NCBI GenBank assembly: GCA_964645495.1
Contig: CAZYCJ010000001.1
Coordinates: 13,369-77,368 of the forward strand
DNA from: an uncultured Muribaculaceae bacterium
GTDB taxonomy: Bacteria > Bacteroidota > Bacteroidia > Bacteroidales > UBA932
Length of the DNA: 64,000 nt
Reading direction: 5' to 3'
The notes under the pieces were generated by a model. The model did no database searches and was not told where the DNA came from. It worked only from the letters and a program-made list of their open reading frames with translations. Shown piece by piece: positions 55,539 through 64,000 of this stretch. The position numbers and the translations under genes were made by a program. Numbering within the stretch: position 1 is the first letter of the stretch; each line of letters starts with the position of its first letter.

Positions 55539-58481
55539 ATGAAAAGTAACCTAATCTTTAAATCAGTCCTCAAAGCAGGACTTGCAGTGCTTATGACTGT
55601 TTCTTTCGTTCTGTCATCATGTACGAAGGAAATCATTAATGAGAACTATTATGAGAATGATTATGATGATTCCGAACTGAAGGAACAGATAGACCTGATC
55701 ATTGAGAAATTGTATGATCTGGAAGAGAGGATGAACAGTGAGATCCAGGCACTCAAGCAGATGCTTTCAGGAAAACTTCTTATCAGTGACGTGAGCACGG
55801 ATGCATCTACAGGCATCACCACCATCACTCTTTCTGACGGATATAAGTTCCAGCTTCTTCCTGAGAAGGATCTGAAATCCTATGTCACATACATCACTCT
55901 CAGTGACGGAGTCGACTATTGGGCTTATATCGATGATGAAGGCAGCAAGCAGTTGTTCCTTGACAAGGACGGAGAGGCTATCCCTGTTGTCAGCGATGCA
56001 CCGGAGGTTGTAGTCAAGGATGGAGATACTTTCCTGGTGATCGGTGGTGTCGAGTATCCGCTTACAGGTAACTCTGTATTCTCAGATTATGAACTGATTA
56101 CAGACGAACTTACAGGAGAGGTTTATGCTGTAACCTTCACTTTCGGTGAGGATATGACATTTACTGTGACTGTCGATGGTGCTGCGGGCTTTTTCTTTGT
56201 TAAGCAGTCAGGATGGTCTGCTACTCCTATTTCCGACTATTATGTTGCAGAGGGACTTACTGAGCGTGTCCGAGTGGAAGCGAGAGGTGTTGTGGATTAT
56301 GTCCTCCAGATTCCTGACGGATGGAGAGTAAAGGAGTTTGTTGACTATGACGGATCTATGGCTTTTGATGTGACCGCTCCTTCTTCTGAACTGATCGAGA
56401 GCGGAGTTGCTGCTGCTGAAGGTGATCTCAAGGTTGTTGCCGTTCTTGAAGGTGGTAGGGCGACTGTTGCAAAACTCTATGTTTCGACAGAGCCTTTCAA
56501 GGAATTGGCTGTTACATATGGAAAAGCGAATCTTTCCATGTACAGTGGTCTTGAGAAGTTTGTCTATGGTGTATGCGCAGCCGCAGACTTTGATGAGGCT
56601 GCCGTCTTCACCACTGCCGAGGGCCTTCTTGAAGTGTATGATTACCCTGACGGATTCTCTGTGTCGGATGCTGATCTGAGTGATCACGACCTTTCAGAGG
56701 TCGCAGGTGCCGACCTTGTACCGGGTACCGAATATGTGTTCTGGGCTATTCCTGCATTGTACTACTATACTGAGTCTGAGGCGGGATATTATCTTAAGGA
56801 AGGTACTCTTGTGAGCAAGACATTCACGTTTGCTGCAGTCAGGTTTGAAGTCGGTGGGGCAAGTTTCCGTGATGCACAACTCAGCATGGAACTGAAAGGT
56901 GTAGACTCTTATTATGCTGACGTTCTTCCTAAGAAAGACTTCCTTCTTGAAGATCTTTTGTACTGTCTCAATATGCCTGGATATTATACTGCGCTGACCA
57001 CTCCTATGGAATATGAGGGATCTGTATTTACATTTGCAGATGTGACTCCGGAGCCTGAAACAGAGTATGTGGCGTGGATGGTTGTTGCTGAAGAAGGCAA
57101 GACCTATACAGCGGCGGATGTCGTGGTGTGCGAGTTCTCGACTCTTACTCTCACCGCCGGTAGTACGGTAGAGGTTTCATATTCAGGTGTTGAGACCAAG
57201 CCTCTTGAAGTGTCGGCGACCCTTTCTGCAAAAGGTGCTGAAAACATCTACTATGCTTTCTTGACAAAGACTGATGCAGCCAAGTATGCAGACGATACTG
57301 CCAGAGCAAAATACCTTTTTGAGTCAGGCAAGTCAGTGACTGAGGAGACAGTCAATGTGAAGGCTTCGGATTTCATCACTAAGATGAAGCCTGCTACTGA
57401 CTATGTTCTTATGGCTGTTGCTTCTGATGCCGAGGGCAAATACGGAAAGGTCCTTGTCTACAATTGTGCAACTACTGCCATCACATATAACAGTCTTTCA
57501 GTGCAACTGGAGGTGGTGACTAATGATCCTGGCAATGTCGTGGTGAATATTTCTTCTGAAGGCGCTGCAGGTTTCGTTTACTGGATCGGCAAGACTTCGG
57601 ATAATACGTGGAAGAGTTCAAACTATCTCGGAGGAAGCGCGGAGAGTGCTCAGGAGTACATGTTCCTCAATGCTGAACAATACAGGATTACATCCTTGAT
57701 GGAGAAGTATCCTGTTGTGAACGGCAGTATCACAATGACTGATCTTGATATGAAGGTGGACTATGTTGTCGTGGCTATGGCAAAGGATAAGGACGGCGGA
57801 ATGTCAAAGGCCAATGCCTTGTTCTTCACCACAAGGGCTGTCGCTATCGGACAGGTGGTCACTTCAGATGATCCGAAGTGGAAGGCTGCCATGCCTACAA
57901 TCGAGTGGATTGATTCCAAGTTTGTTGCGGCTGCCGGCCAAATGCCTGGAGCGTACGGATTTTATGTGACTGTACCTGCTGACTATACTGCATATGTATT
58001 GGCAGGAACTGACAGTTATCTTAATGAGGGAAATGCAGATTTGACTCTTTCTGTTGAAGAGGAGATCCTTAAGATCATAGAGTATGTGGATAAGCCACGT
58101 GACTGGCATCTGACAGTCTCAGAGGATTGGGTCTGGCCTCATGTGGGCTATGAACATTATCGTAGCGAGCATGGTGCGCCTCTTTGGGGTAACTCTGTAA
58201 TCTGGGCGAGTCAGGAATACCATGACTCTGTCTGTGATTGTGGTGGCAATTATGTGGAGACAAAGAATATGCAGGGTCATGATGTGGAAGTCACACACCT
58301 GATCAACATCAATAATGGTGAAAAGATCGAGTTCAGACAGCCTTCAGCAGTCGGCAACACGATAGAGGTTATCGACAAGGTGTTTGTCGTGTGTCAGGAT
58401 CTTCAGGGTAACTGCTACGAGATGTTTGCTTATGATGTGCCTGTGGAGAAGTTCCAGAATGCAGGATCAAGAGATGAGTAA
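55539..58481 (+). CDS. Large surface lipoprotein with N-terminal coiled coil (DUF4988-like) and FN3-like repeats
   Basis: Lipobox LSS-C; YDDSELKEQID...LEERMNSEIQALKQML; IPDGWRV; MKPATDYVLMAVASDAEGKYG. Confidence 0.78.
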   Translation: MKSNLIFKSVLKAGLAVLMTVSFVLSSCTKEIINENYYENDYDDSELKEQIDLIIEKLYDLEERMNSEIQALKQMLSGKLLISDVSTDASTGITTITLSDGYKFQLLPEKDLKSYVTYITLSDGVDYWAYIDDEGSKQLFLDKDGEAIPVVSDAPEVVVKDGDTFLVIGGVEYPLTGNSVFSDYELITDELTGEVYAVTFTFGEDMTFTVTVDGAAGFFFVKQSGWSATPISDYYVAEGLTERVRVEARGVVDYVLQIPDGWRVKEFVDYDGSMAFDVTAPSSELIESGVAAAEGDLKVVAVLEGGRATVAKLYVSTEPFKELAVTYGKANLSMYSGLEKFVYGVCAAADFDEAAVFTTAEGLLEVYDYPDGFSVSDADLSDHDLSEVAGADLVPGTEYVFWAIPALYYYTESEAGYYLKEGTLVSKTFTFAAVRFEVGGASFRDAQLSMELKGVDSYYADVLPKKDFLLEDLLYCLNMPGYYTALTTPMEYEGSVFTFADVTPEPETEYVAWMVVAEEGKTYTAADVVVCEFSTLTLTAGSTVEVSYSGVETKPLEVSATLSAKGAENIYYAFLTKTDAAKYADDTARAKYLFESGKSVTEETVNVKASDFITKMKPATDYVLMAVASDAEGKYGKVLVYNCATTAITYNSLSVQLEVVTNDPGNVVVNISSEGAAGFVYWIGKTSDNTWKSSNYLGGSAESAQEYMFLNAEQYRITSLMEKYPVVNGSITMTDLDMKVDYVVVAMAKDKDGGMSKANALFFTTRAVAIGQVVTSDDPKWKAAMPTIEWIDSKFVAAAGQMPGAYGFYVTVPADYTAYVLAGTDSYLNEGNADLTLSVEEEILKIIEYVDKPRDWHLTVSEDWVWPHVGYEHYRSEHGAPLWGNSVIWASQEYHDSVCDCGGNYVETKNMQGHDVEVTHLININNGEKIEFRQPSAVGNTIEVIDKVFVVCQDLQGNCYEMFAYDVPVEKFQNAGSRDE

Positions 58482-58482
58482 A

Positions 58483-59190
58483 TCAAAGACTCTTCAGATA
58501 TAGGATACTGTCCGGACCTTCGTTGAAAAGGAGGTCCATGACGGACAGATCGGATTGGAAGCCGTGTTTCCGGGAGAAGACCTGGAAATACGGCTTTTCA
58601 AGTCCCAGGTCGGAAAGGATTGTGTTAGGGCGTTTCGGATGGATGATTTCGCGAAGGTCTCTGCATATGATGGGAGATCCGTCAGCGGATGTGAGTATGC
58701 CGTCGCGGGAATAATCCTCTGTGATGCGCAGGTCGACTGCGATGCCTGTCTTTTCGATGAAGAACTTCATCAGATCCATGTTAAGTTCGAACAAGGTCTC
58801 TCTCTGACGGTCCATGATGTCGAAGAGTTCGTCCTGATAGTATTCGAAGTAGGCGGATGTGCGGTAGGCCGAGATGATGGCCCTCTTGTGCTGCTGAAGC
58901 CAAGGCTTTGACCAGGCTATCTTTATTTCCGATATGGGCTGCTTGTGTGTGCCGCCTTCATGAACGATAGGGAAGGAGAGGGTCTGCACTCCGTCTGCCG
59001 CATGGAAACGGAATCTGTTGCGGTAGGACTGTTTCTGGAAGTTTTCGCAGGCTTCTATATAAACGACGGACGGGGACAGTTCGAGTGAACTGTCTCCGTC
59101 GCGTCTATTGCTCAATCCTTCCATTCCCTCTGCCATGGCTGCAAAGTAGGAAACGGGCGGAAAATATGCGGTTGAAAGGAGTACGGGCAC
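58483..59190 (-). CDS. WbqC family protein
   Basis: STAYFPP, ENFQKQSYRNR, SAYRTSAYFEYY, YFQVF, LSVMDLLFNEGP; GTG start coupled to the lpxA stop. Confidence 0.88.
   Translation of the reverse strand: MPVLLSTAYFPPVSYFAAMAEGMEGLSNRRDGDSSLELSPSVVYIEACENFQKQSYRNRFRFHAADGVQTLSFPIVHEGGTHKQPISEIKIAWSKPWLQQHKRAIISAYRTSAYFEYYQDELFDIMDRQRETLFELNMDLMKFFIEKTGIAVDLRITEDYSRDGILTSADGSPIICRDLREIIHPKRPNTILSDLGLEKPYFQVFSRKHGFQSDLSVMDLLFNEGPDSILYLKSL
59069..59100. repeat. 14-bp palindrome inside wbqC
   Basis: GACGGGGACAGTTC-GAGT-GAACTGTCTCCGTC (13 of 14 Watson-Crick pairs). Confidence 0.8.
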
Positions 59191-59191
59191 T

Positions 59192-60004
59192 TTAGTCGAT
59201 ATTGCCTTTCACATCGTTGCCCATGCCTCTGATGATGCCTCTCTTCGAGTTTCTGATGAATTCGAGGATGGTGTCTCTTTCCTCTGACTGAGGGAAGCCG
59301 AGTTCGATCTTAGCCAACGCATCCGAAACATTGGTGCCGTTGCTGTAGATGATGTCGTACATGTCCTTGATGCTGCGGATCTGGTCTGAAGTGAAGCCTC
59401 TTCTGCGGAGACCCACGATGTTGACGCCTGCATAAGTGAGAGGGTCACGGCCGCAGAGCACATATGGCGGAACGTCCTTGTTGATCTTGCAGCCGCCTCC
59501 GATGAAAGCGTGCTTTCCGATCCTTGAGAACTGGTGTGCCACAGAACTTCCTCCGATTGTTGCCCAGTCGTCCACGTCAGTCTCGCCTGCGATGCCTACA
59601 TAACTTACGAGGATACAGTTGTTGCCTACGCAGCAGTCATGAGCGACGTGGGTGTATGACATGAGGAGGACGTTGTTTCCGATCTTGGTCACGCCTCTGC
59701 CGCTTGCCTTTGTACCGCGGTTGATGGTGGCGCACTCACGGATGTTGACGTTGTCTCCGATCTCCACATAAGTCACCTCACCTTCGAACTTGAGATCCTG
59801 AGGTATCGCTCCGATCACTGCTCCAGGGAAGACTGTGCAGTTCTTTCCCATCTTCACATAGTTGAATATAGTGGCATGAGGAAGAATCTTGGAGCCGTCT
59901 CCTATCTCCACATGTTCCTCGATGTATGCGTATGGTCCTACTTCTACGTTCTCTCCGAGTTTTGCATTCGGGTGTACTGTCGCAAGTGGGTGAATATTTG
60001 CCAT
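59192..60004 (-). CDS. lpxA: UDP-N-acetylglucosamine O-acyltransferase
   Basis: Hexapeptide repeats, PQDLKF, IRECATINRGT, HVAHDC, GLRRRGF. Confidence 0.97.
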   Translation of the reverse strand: MANIHPLATVHPNAKLGENVEVGPYAYIEEHVEIGDGSKILPHATIFNYVKMGKNCTVFPGAVIGAIPQDLKFEGEVTYVEIGDNVNIRECATINRGTKASGRGVTKIGNNVLLMSYTHVAHDCCVGNNCILVSYVGIAGETDVDDWATIGGSSVAHQFSRIGKHAFIGGGCKINKDVPPYVLCGRDPLTYAGVNIVGLRRRGFTSDQIRSIKDMYDIIYSNGTNVSDALAKIELGFPQSEERDTILEFIRNSKRGIIRGMGNDVKGNID

Positions 60005-60015
60005 AATTGTTGTGT

Positions 60016-60918
60016 TTATAGTGTCTGTCTGATGGATTTTGCTGCAGTGGTGTTGATGCCGTGTCCAGCCTTTTCTGCAGTCACCTTGGCCTTGAGGAAA
60101 CCTCCTGCAAGCCTGAGGTCGCCGATGAGGTCAAGAAGTTTGTGCCTTGCACATTCGTTAGGGAAACGGAGGACGAGATTGCTGAGATAACCGTCTTCGC
60201 GCACCTTGAGTGCCGGTACATTGAAGAGGGCTGACATGTTCTGCACCTGCTCGTCCGTCACCGGATGTTCGACTATTACTATTGCGTTGTCGACGTCTCC
60301 TCCCTTCACGAGTCCGTTCTTGAAAAGGAACTCGATCTCATGGAAGAAAACGAAGGTCCTGCATGTTCCGATCTGTTCAGGATATACGACAGAAGAGTCC
60401 CAGATGGCATGCTGTACACCGAGAACCCTGGAATTGAAGTCTATCTTTATGTCGTAACTGAATTCTTCGGCAGGCTCGATCCTGACCACTGATCCCTTCT
60501 CGTTGGTGACCTCGATGGTCTCCTTGATCTCAATGTATCTTCTGGGGGCATCCTGCTGCCGGAAACCGTCTGCCCAGATGGCATCGATATAAGGTTTTGC
60601 GCTTCCGTCCAAGATAGGGACTTCGATGTTGTCGATGTCGATGATAGCGTTGTCCACTCCCATTCCTGTAAGTGCGGACATCACATGCTCGATGGTCGAC
60701 ACAGATGCCTCGCCTTGGGAAATGGTGGTGCTTCTGGCTGTGTTTGATACGTTCTCAGCCAAAGCATCGACAAAAGCGTCTTCTCCTATATCTGTTCTTC
60801 TGAACCTGATGCCTGTGTCCGCAGGCGCCGGGTTGATGGTCATCTTTGCTACCTTTCCTGTGTGAAGTCCTTTACCTTCAAATGAATAGCCTTTCTTGAC
60901 AGTCTGTTGAAATTGCAT
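60016..60918 (-). CDS. lpxC: UDP-3-O-acyl-GlcNAc deacetylase (stand-alone, no FabZ domain)
   Basis: GKGLHTG, TIEH, EVPILDGSA, RTF, RHKLLDLIGD, GH; stop after 300 aa. Confidence 0.95.
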   Translation of the reverse strand: MQFQQTVKKGYSFEGKGLHTGKVAKMTINPAPADTGIRFRRTDIGEDAFVDALAENVSNTARSTTISQGEASVSTIEHVMSALTGMGVDNAIIDIDNIEVPILDGSAKPYIDAIWADGFRQQDAPRRYIEIKETIEVTNEKGSVVRIEPAEEFSYDIKIDFNSRVLGVQHAIWDSSVVYPEQIGTCRTFVFFHEIEFLFKNGLVKGGDVDNAIVIVEHPVTDEQVQNMSALFNVPALKVREDGYLSNLVLRFPNECARHKLLDLIGDLRLAGGFLKAKVTAEKAGHGINTTAAKSIRQTL

Positions 60919-60988
60919 TTCCTTCTCTCGTTCCTATAATTACCTGCCGGACCCTTCCGTTCCGGCCAACGCAGTGTAAATCAGCCTG

Positions 60989-60996
60989 CAAAGATA
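60989..60996 (-). promoter_or_regulatory. Internal -7 promoter box upstream of lpxC
   Basis: TATCTTTG on the minus strand in the lpxD-lpxC gap. Confidence 0.55.
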
Positions 60997-61016
60997 GTTA
61001 AAATATTTCGATATCC

Positions 61017-62006
61017 CTATTTTTTGCCTGCTTTCTTGAATAATGTGTAACTTCTCATGTAGTCCATGTATGGGATTGCAGGTGTACCGAAGTATGATTG
61101 TCCGGGAGTCTTGACGTTTGACAGAAGCCCGGCCTGCGCTCCGAATGAAGTGTTGTCCGCCACTGTAAGGTGACCTGCGATGCCTACCTGCCCTCCGAGT
61201 ATGCAGTGCTCTCCGATCCTGGTCGAGCCTGCTATTCCTGCCATCGCCGCCATCACGGTGTTCGGGCCCACTTCGACGTTGTGGGCGATCATGCATAGGT
61301 CGTCGATCTTGGTGCCCTTCCTGATGACGGTCGATCCCATCTGGGACTTGTCGATGCAGGCGTTGGCTCCGATCTCCACATCGTCCTCGATGATGACGTT
61401 TCCTGTGTGTTCGATCTTCTTCCATGTGCCGTCCTCGAGAGGAGCGAATCCGAATCCGTCTGCTCCGATCACGGCGTTTGCATGAATGATCACGCGGTCT
61501 CCGATGACCATTCCGGGATAGATCTTTACGCCCGGATATATGATGCAGTATGATCCGATCTTCACCCCGTCGCCGATGTATGCACCTTCATAGATCTTGG
61601 TGCAGTCTCCGACTACGGCTTTTTTCCCCACATATGCGAAATCGCCTACATAGACCTTCTTTCCGAGCCTTGCGCTCCACCTTACCCTGCTTCTGCAGCC
61701 TCTGTAGCGCCTGTACGAGCGTTTTCTGGCGGTGACGTAGTCCAATAGCGCTGCCACGGACGAATATGCGTCGTCTACGCGCACCAGAGTCGCGGAAACG
61801 GGTTCCTTCGGCTCGAATGTCTTGTTCACTATGATGATGTCAGCCTTGCATTTGTAGACATAATGCTCGTACTTCGGGTTGGCGAAGAAGCAGATTGTTC
61901 CGGGTTTTCCGCTTTCGATACGGGCGAATGAGGTGACGGTCGCTTCAGGATTGCCTTCGACTGTGCCGCCGAGGATTCCGGCAATCTCTTTTGCTTTGAA
62001 TTCCAT
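61017..62006 (-). CDS. lpxD: UDP-3-O-(3-hydroxyacyl)glucosamine N-acyltransferase
   Basis: [46 protein letters not shown]. Confidence 0.97.
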   Translation of the reverse strand: MEFKAKEIAGILGGTVEGNPEATVTSFARIESGKPGTICFFANPKYEHYVYKCKADIIIVNKTFEPKEPVSATLVRVDDAYSSVAALLDYVTARKRSYRRYRGCRSRVRWSARLGKKVYVGDFAYVGKKAVVGDCTKIYEGAYIGDGVKIGSYCIIYPGVKIYPGMVIGDRVIIHANAVIGADGFGFAPLEDGTWKKIEHTGNVIIEDDVEIGANACIDKSQMGSTVIRKGTKIDDLCMIAHNVEVGPNTVMAAMAGIAGSTRIGEHCILGGQVGIAGHLTVADNTSFGAQAGLLSNVKTPGQSYFGTPAIPYMDYMRSYTLFKKAGKK

Positions 62007-62031
62007 AATGTTGCAGGTTCTGGTACAAATA

Positions 62032-62062
62032 TTTGTTTATTCTGATTTTATTCGTACATTTG
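62032..62062 (+). promoter_or_regulatory. Promoter of the rimP-nusA-infB operon
   Basis: TTTG (62032-35), 19 nt spacer, TACATTTG (62055-62). Confidence 0.7.
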
Positions 62063-62079
62063 CACCGTGAGAATGATTC

Positions 62080-62098
62080 AGGGGGCTGGAAGCCCCCT
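62080..62098 (+). promoter_or_regulatory. rimP leader hairpin
   Basis: AGGGGGCT-GGA-AGCCCCCT followed by TATTTT in the 5' UTR; matches the GGGC...GCCC rimP-leader motif. Confidence 0.7.
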
Positions 62099-62124
62099 TA
62101 TTTTATGCATTAAACGGAAGCAGA

Positions 62125-62592
62125 ATGAACGTGTCAGTTATTATAGATGCAATCGGCGAAGAAATCGTTGCACGCGGTTTCTTCATCGTTGACGTTTCGG
62201 TCAGCAAAGATAATGATATTATTCTGACTATCGAGTCGGAAGAGGGAATTGTTGAACTTGACGACTGCGTTGCAGTGAGCCGTTTCTTCGAAACGAAGTT
62301 CGACAGAGAGGTAGAGGACTATTCTCTTACGGTGAGTTCGGCGGGACTGGACCAGCCTTTCAAGGTGCAGAAGCAGTTCGACAAGGCTGTAGGTACAAAG
62401 GTCGAGGTCTCTCTCAAGGGAGGCAGGAAGATGGTGGCGGAACTCGTCGCTGCAGACGCAGAGAGCGTGACCCTCAGATATACGGTCAAGGAAGCCGTGG
62501 AAGGAAAGAAGAAGAAGGAGTTCGTGGAGCATACCGACACCTTCCCGATGGACCAGGTCAATTCCGTCCGCCCATACATTGAATTCAATTAA
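62125..62592 (+). CDS. rimP: Ribosome maturation factor RimP
   Basis: LDDCVAVSR, DYSLTVSSAGLDQPF; upstream of nusA. Confidence 0.94.
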   Translation: MNVSVIIDAIGEEIVARGFFIVDVSVSKDNDIILTIESEEGIVELDDCVAVSRFFETKFDREVEDYSLTVSSAGLDQPFKVQKQFDKAVGTKVEVSLKGGRKMVAELVAADAESVTLRYTVKEAVEGKKKKEFVEHTDTFPMDQVNSVRPYIEFN

Positions 62593-62606
62593 ACATTATA
62601 AACAAA

Positions 62607-63866
62607 ATGGAAAAGATAGAACTTAAAGACGCTTTTGCAGAGTTCAAGAACCAGAAGAATATCGACAGGCCTACCATGATGGGTGTGCTTGAGGATGTGT
62701 TCAGGACTCAGATCACCAAGACCTACGGATCGGCAGACAACTTCGATATCATCATCAATATCGACAAGGGAGACTGCGAGATCTACTGGAACAGGGAAGT
62801 TGTTGATGAAGTGGAGGATCCTAACACAGAGATCTCTCTCGAGGAGGTGAATGCCGACGGTGACGACTACGAGGTCGGAGAGACCTTTGCCAAGAAGGTG
62901 GAACTCAAGGACTTCGGCCGTCGTGGTATCCTGAATATCCGTCAGAATCTTCAGGGACGCATCATGGACATCGAAAAGGCTAACCTATATAATAAATATG
63001 TCGGCAAGATCGGTGAGATCTTTACAGGTGAGGTGTATCAGACATGGGCGAAGGAGGTCCTCATCCTTGACGAGGACGGAAACGAACTCAGACTGCCTAA
63101 GTCGGAGCAGATTCCCGGCGAGCACTTCAAGAAGAACGATACTGTCCGCGCCATCATCAAGAGCGTGGAGATGAAGAACAACACCACTCCGTACATCGTT
63201 CTTTCACGTACCACTCCTGAGTTCCTCGAGAAACTCTTCGAGCAGGAGGTTCCTGAGATCTACGACGGACTCATCACCATCAAGAAGGTGGTGCGTGTGC
63301 CTGGCGAACGTGCGAAGGTGGCTGTGGAGTCATATGATGAGAGGATCGACCCTATCGGAGCATGTATCGGTGTGAAGGGTGCGCGTATCATCGGTATAGT
63401 GCGTGAGCTCCGCAACGAGAACATCGACGTTCTCCAGTGGACGGGAAATACGCAATTGCTCATCCAGAGGGCTCTCAATCCTGCCAAGATTTCTTCAATC
63501 GTCCTCGGAGGGCCTGAGGAAGAGAAGATCAAGGTATATATGCTTCCTGACGAGGTGAAGAAGGGTATCGGTAAGGGCGGATGCAACATCCGTCTTGCAA
63601 GCATGCTCGTAGGCAAGGAGATCGAAGTGTGGAGAGAACTTCCGCAGAATGATGTCGAGGATGACGAGGAGGACGTTCTTCTCGTGGACTTCAATGACGT
63701 GATCGAGGACTGGATCATCGAGAAACTCCATGGCATCGGATGTGACACCGCCAAGAGCGTTCTCGCTCTGTCGGCGGCGGATATTGCAAAGAGGGCTGAT
63801 CTCGAGGATGAGACAGTGGCAGAAGTGCTCGACATTCTCCGCGCTGAATTTGAAGACGAAGAGTAA
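62607..63866 (+). CDS. nusA: Transcription factor NusA
   Basis: DFGRR, S1 domain, VLSRT, EVPEIYDG, PGERAKVAV, IDPIGACIG KH domains. Confidence 0.98.
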   Translation: MEKIELKDAFAEFKNQKNIDRPTMMGVLEDVFRTQITKTYGSADNFDIIINIDKGDCEIYWNREVVDEVEDPNTEISLEEVNADGDDYEVGETFAKKVELKDFGRRGILNIRQNLQGRIMDIEKANLYNKYVGKIGEIFTGEVYQTWAKEVLILDEDGNELRLPKSEQIPGEHFKKNDTVRAIIKSVEMKNNTTPYIVLSRTTPEFLEKLFEQEVPEIYDGLITIKKVVRVPGERAKVAVESYDERIDPIGACIGVKGARIIGIVRELRNENIDVLQWTGNTQLLIQRALNPAKISSIVLGGPEEEKIKVYMLPDEVKKGIGKGGCNIRLASMLVGKEIEVWRELPQNDVEDDEEDVLLVDFNDVIEDWIIEKLHGIGCDTAKSVLALSAADIAKRADLEDETVAEVLDILRAEFEDEE

Positions 63867-63881
63867 CATAAGGGGTAATAT

Positions 63882-64000
63882 ATGGCAGAAATAAGATTAA
63901 GTAAACTTACAAAGCAATTCAGCATCGGACTTGCCAGACTCGTTGATTTCCTCAATGAGAAAGGGGCCAATGTGGAGATGAATCCGAATGCCAAGGTTTC
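63882..64000 (+). CDS. infB: Translation initiation factor IF-2, 5' part (runs off the window)
   Basis: MAEIRLSKLTKQFSIGLARLVDFLNEKG...NPNAKV N-terminal motif directly after nusA. Confidence 0.85.
   Translation, partial: MAEIRLSKLTKQFSIGLARLVDFLNEKGANVEMNPNAKV

Noticed and set aside
28607..58481. Prophage, ICE, diversity-generating retroelement or invertible cassette
   Set aside because: No integrase, recombinase, reverse transcriptase, phage structural gene, att repeat or near-identical TR/VR pair was seen; a long-range repeat could be missed by eye.
60943..60967. CGGAAG-loop hairpin resembling SRP RNA helix 8
   Set aside because: The flanking CAGG and AGCAG internal-loop motifs and the long closing stem are absent.
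63260..63994. 244-aa antisense ORF
   Set aside because: Ser-rich mirror of nusA/infB codons.

Overview
This is a gene-dense chromosomal window from a Bacteroidales bacterium. The evidence is TAnnTTTG -7 promoter boxes, a SusC/SusD pair, Omp28-like lipoproteins and the lpxD-lpxC-lpxA and rimP-nusA-infB operons; a finer taxonomic call is not possible from the sequence alone. The flanks hold housekeeping genes: ansA, tatD, dprA, queA, pyrE, rsmF, lolE-like, mltF-like, pncA/pncB, amgK-RapZ/murU, purB, tmk, folP, lpx genes, rimP, nusA and the start of infB. Between them lie two blocks of cell-surface genes (21.8-25.7 kb and 28.6-58.5 kb) with about 15 predicted lipoproteins and no integrase or tRNA. 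The best candidate for an undescribed system is a surface thiol-disulfide module. It comprises a periplasmic TlpA, an outer-membrane barrel with a C-terminal CxxxxC, four Omp28-type CxxC lipoproteins (five CxxC sites) and five acidic lipoproteins built from one FN3-like repeat, with the Omp28 + repeat-protein pairing seen at three separate loci. Other notable items are a covarying GTCAT...ATC palindromic repeat family that has entered coding sequences (folP, murU), a palindrome inserted in frame in wbqC, an Rpn nuclease gene that has lost its catalytic core but keeps an intact C-terminal reading frame, a stand-alone lpxC without FabZ, and a porin with 16 O-glycosylation sequons in its first ~210 residues. 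Family names are from motif recognition by eye, not database searches.
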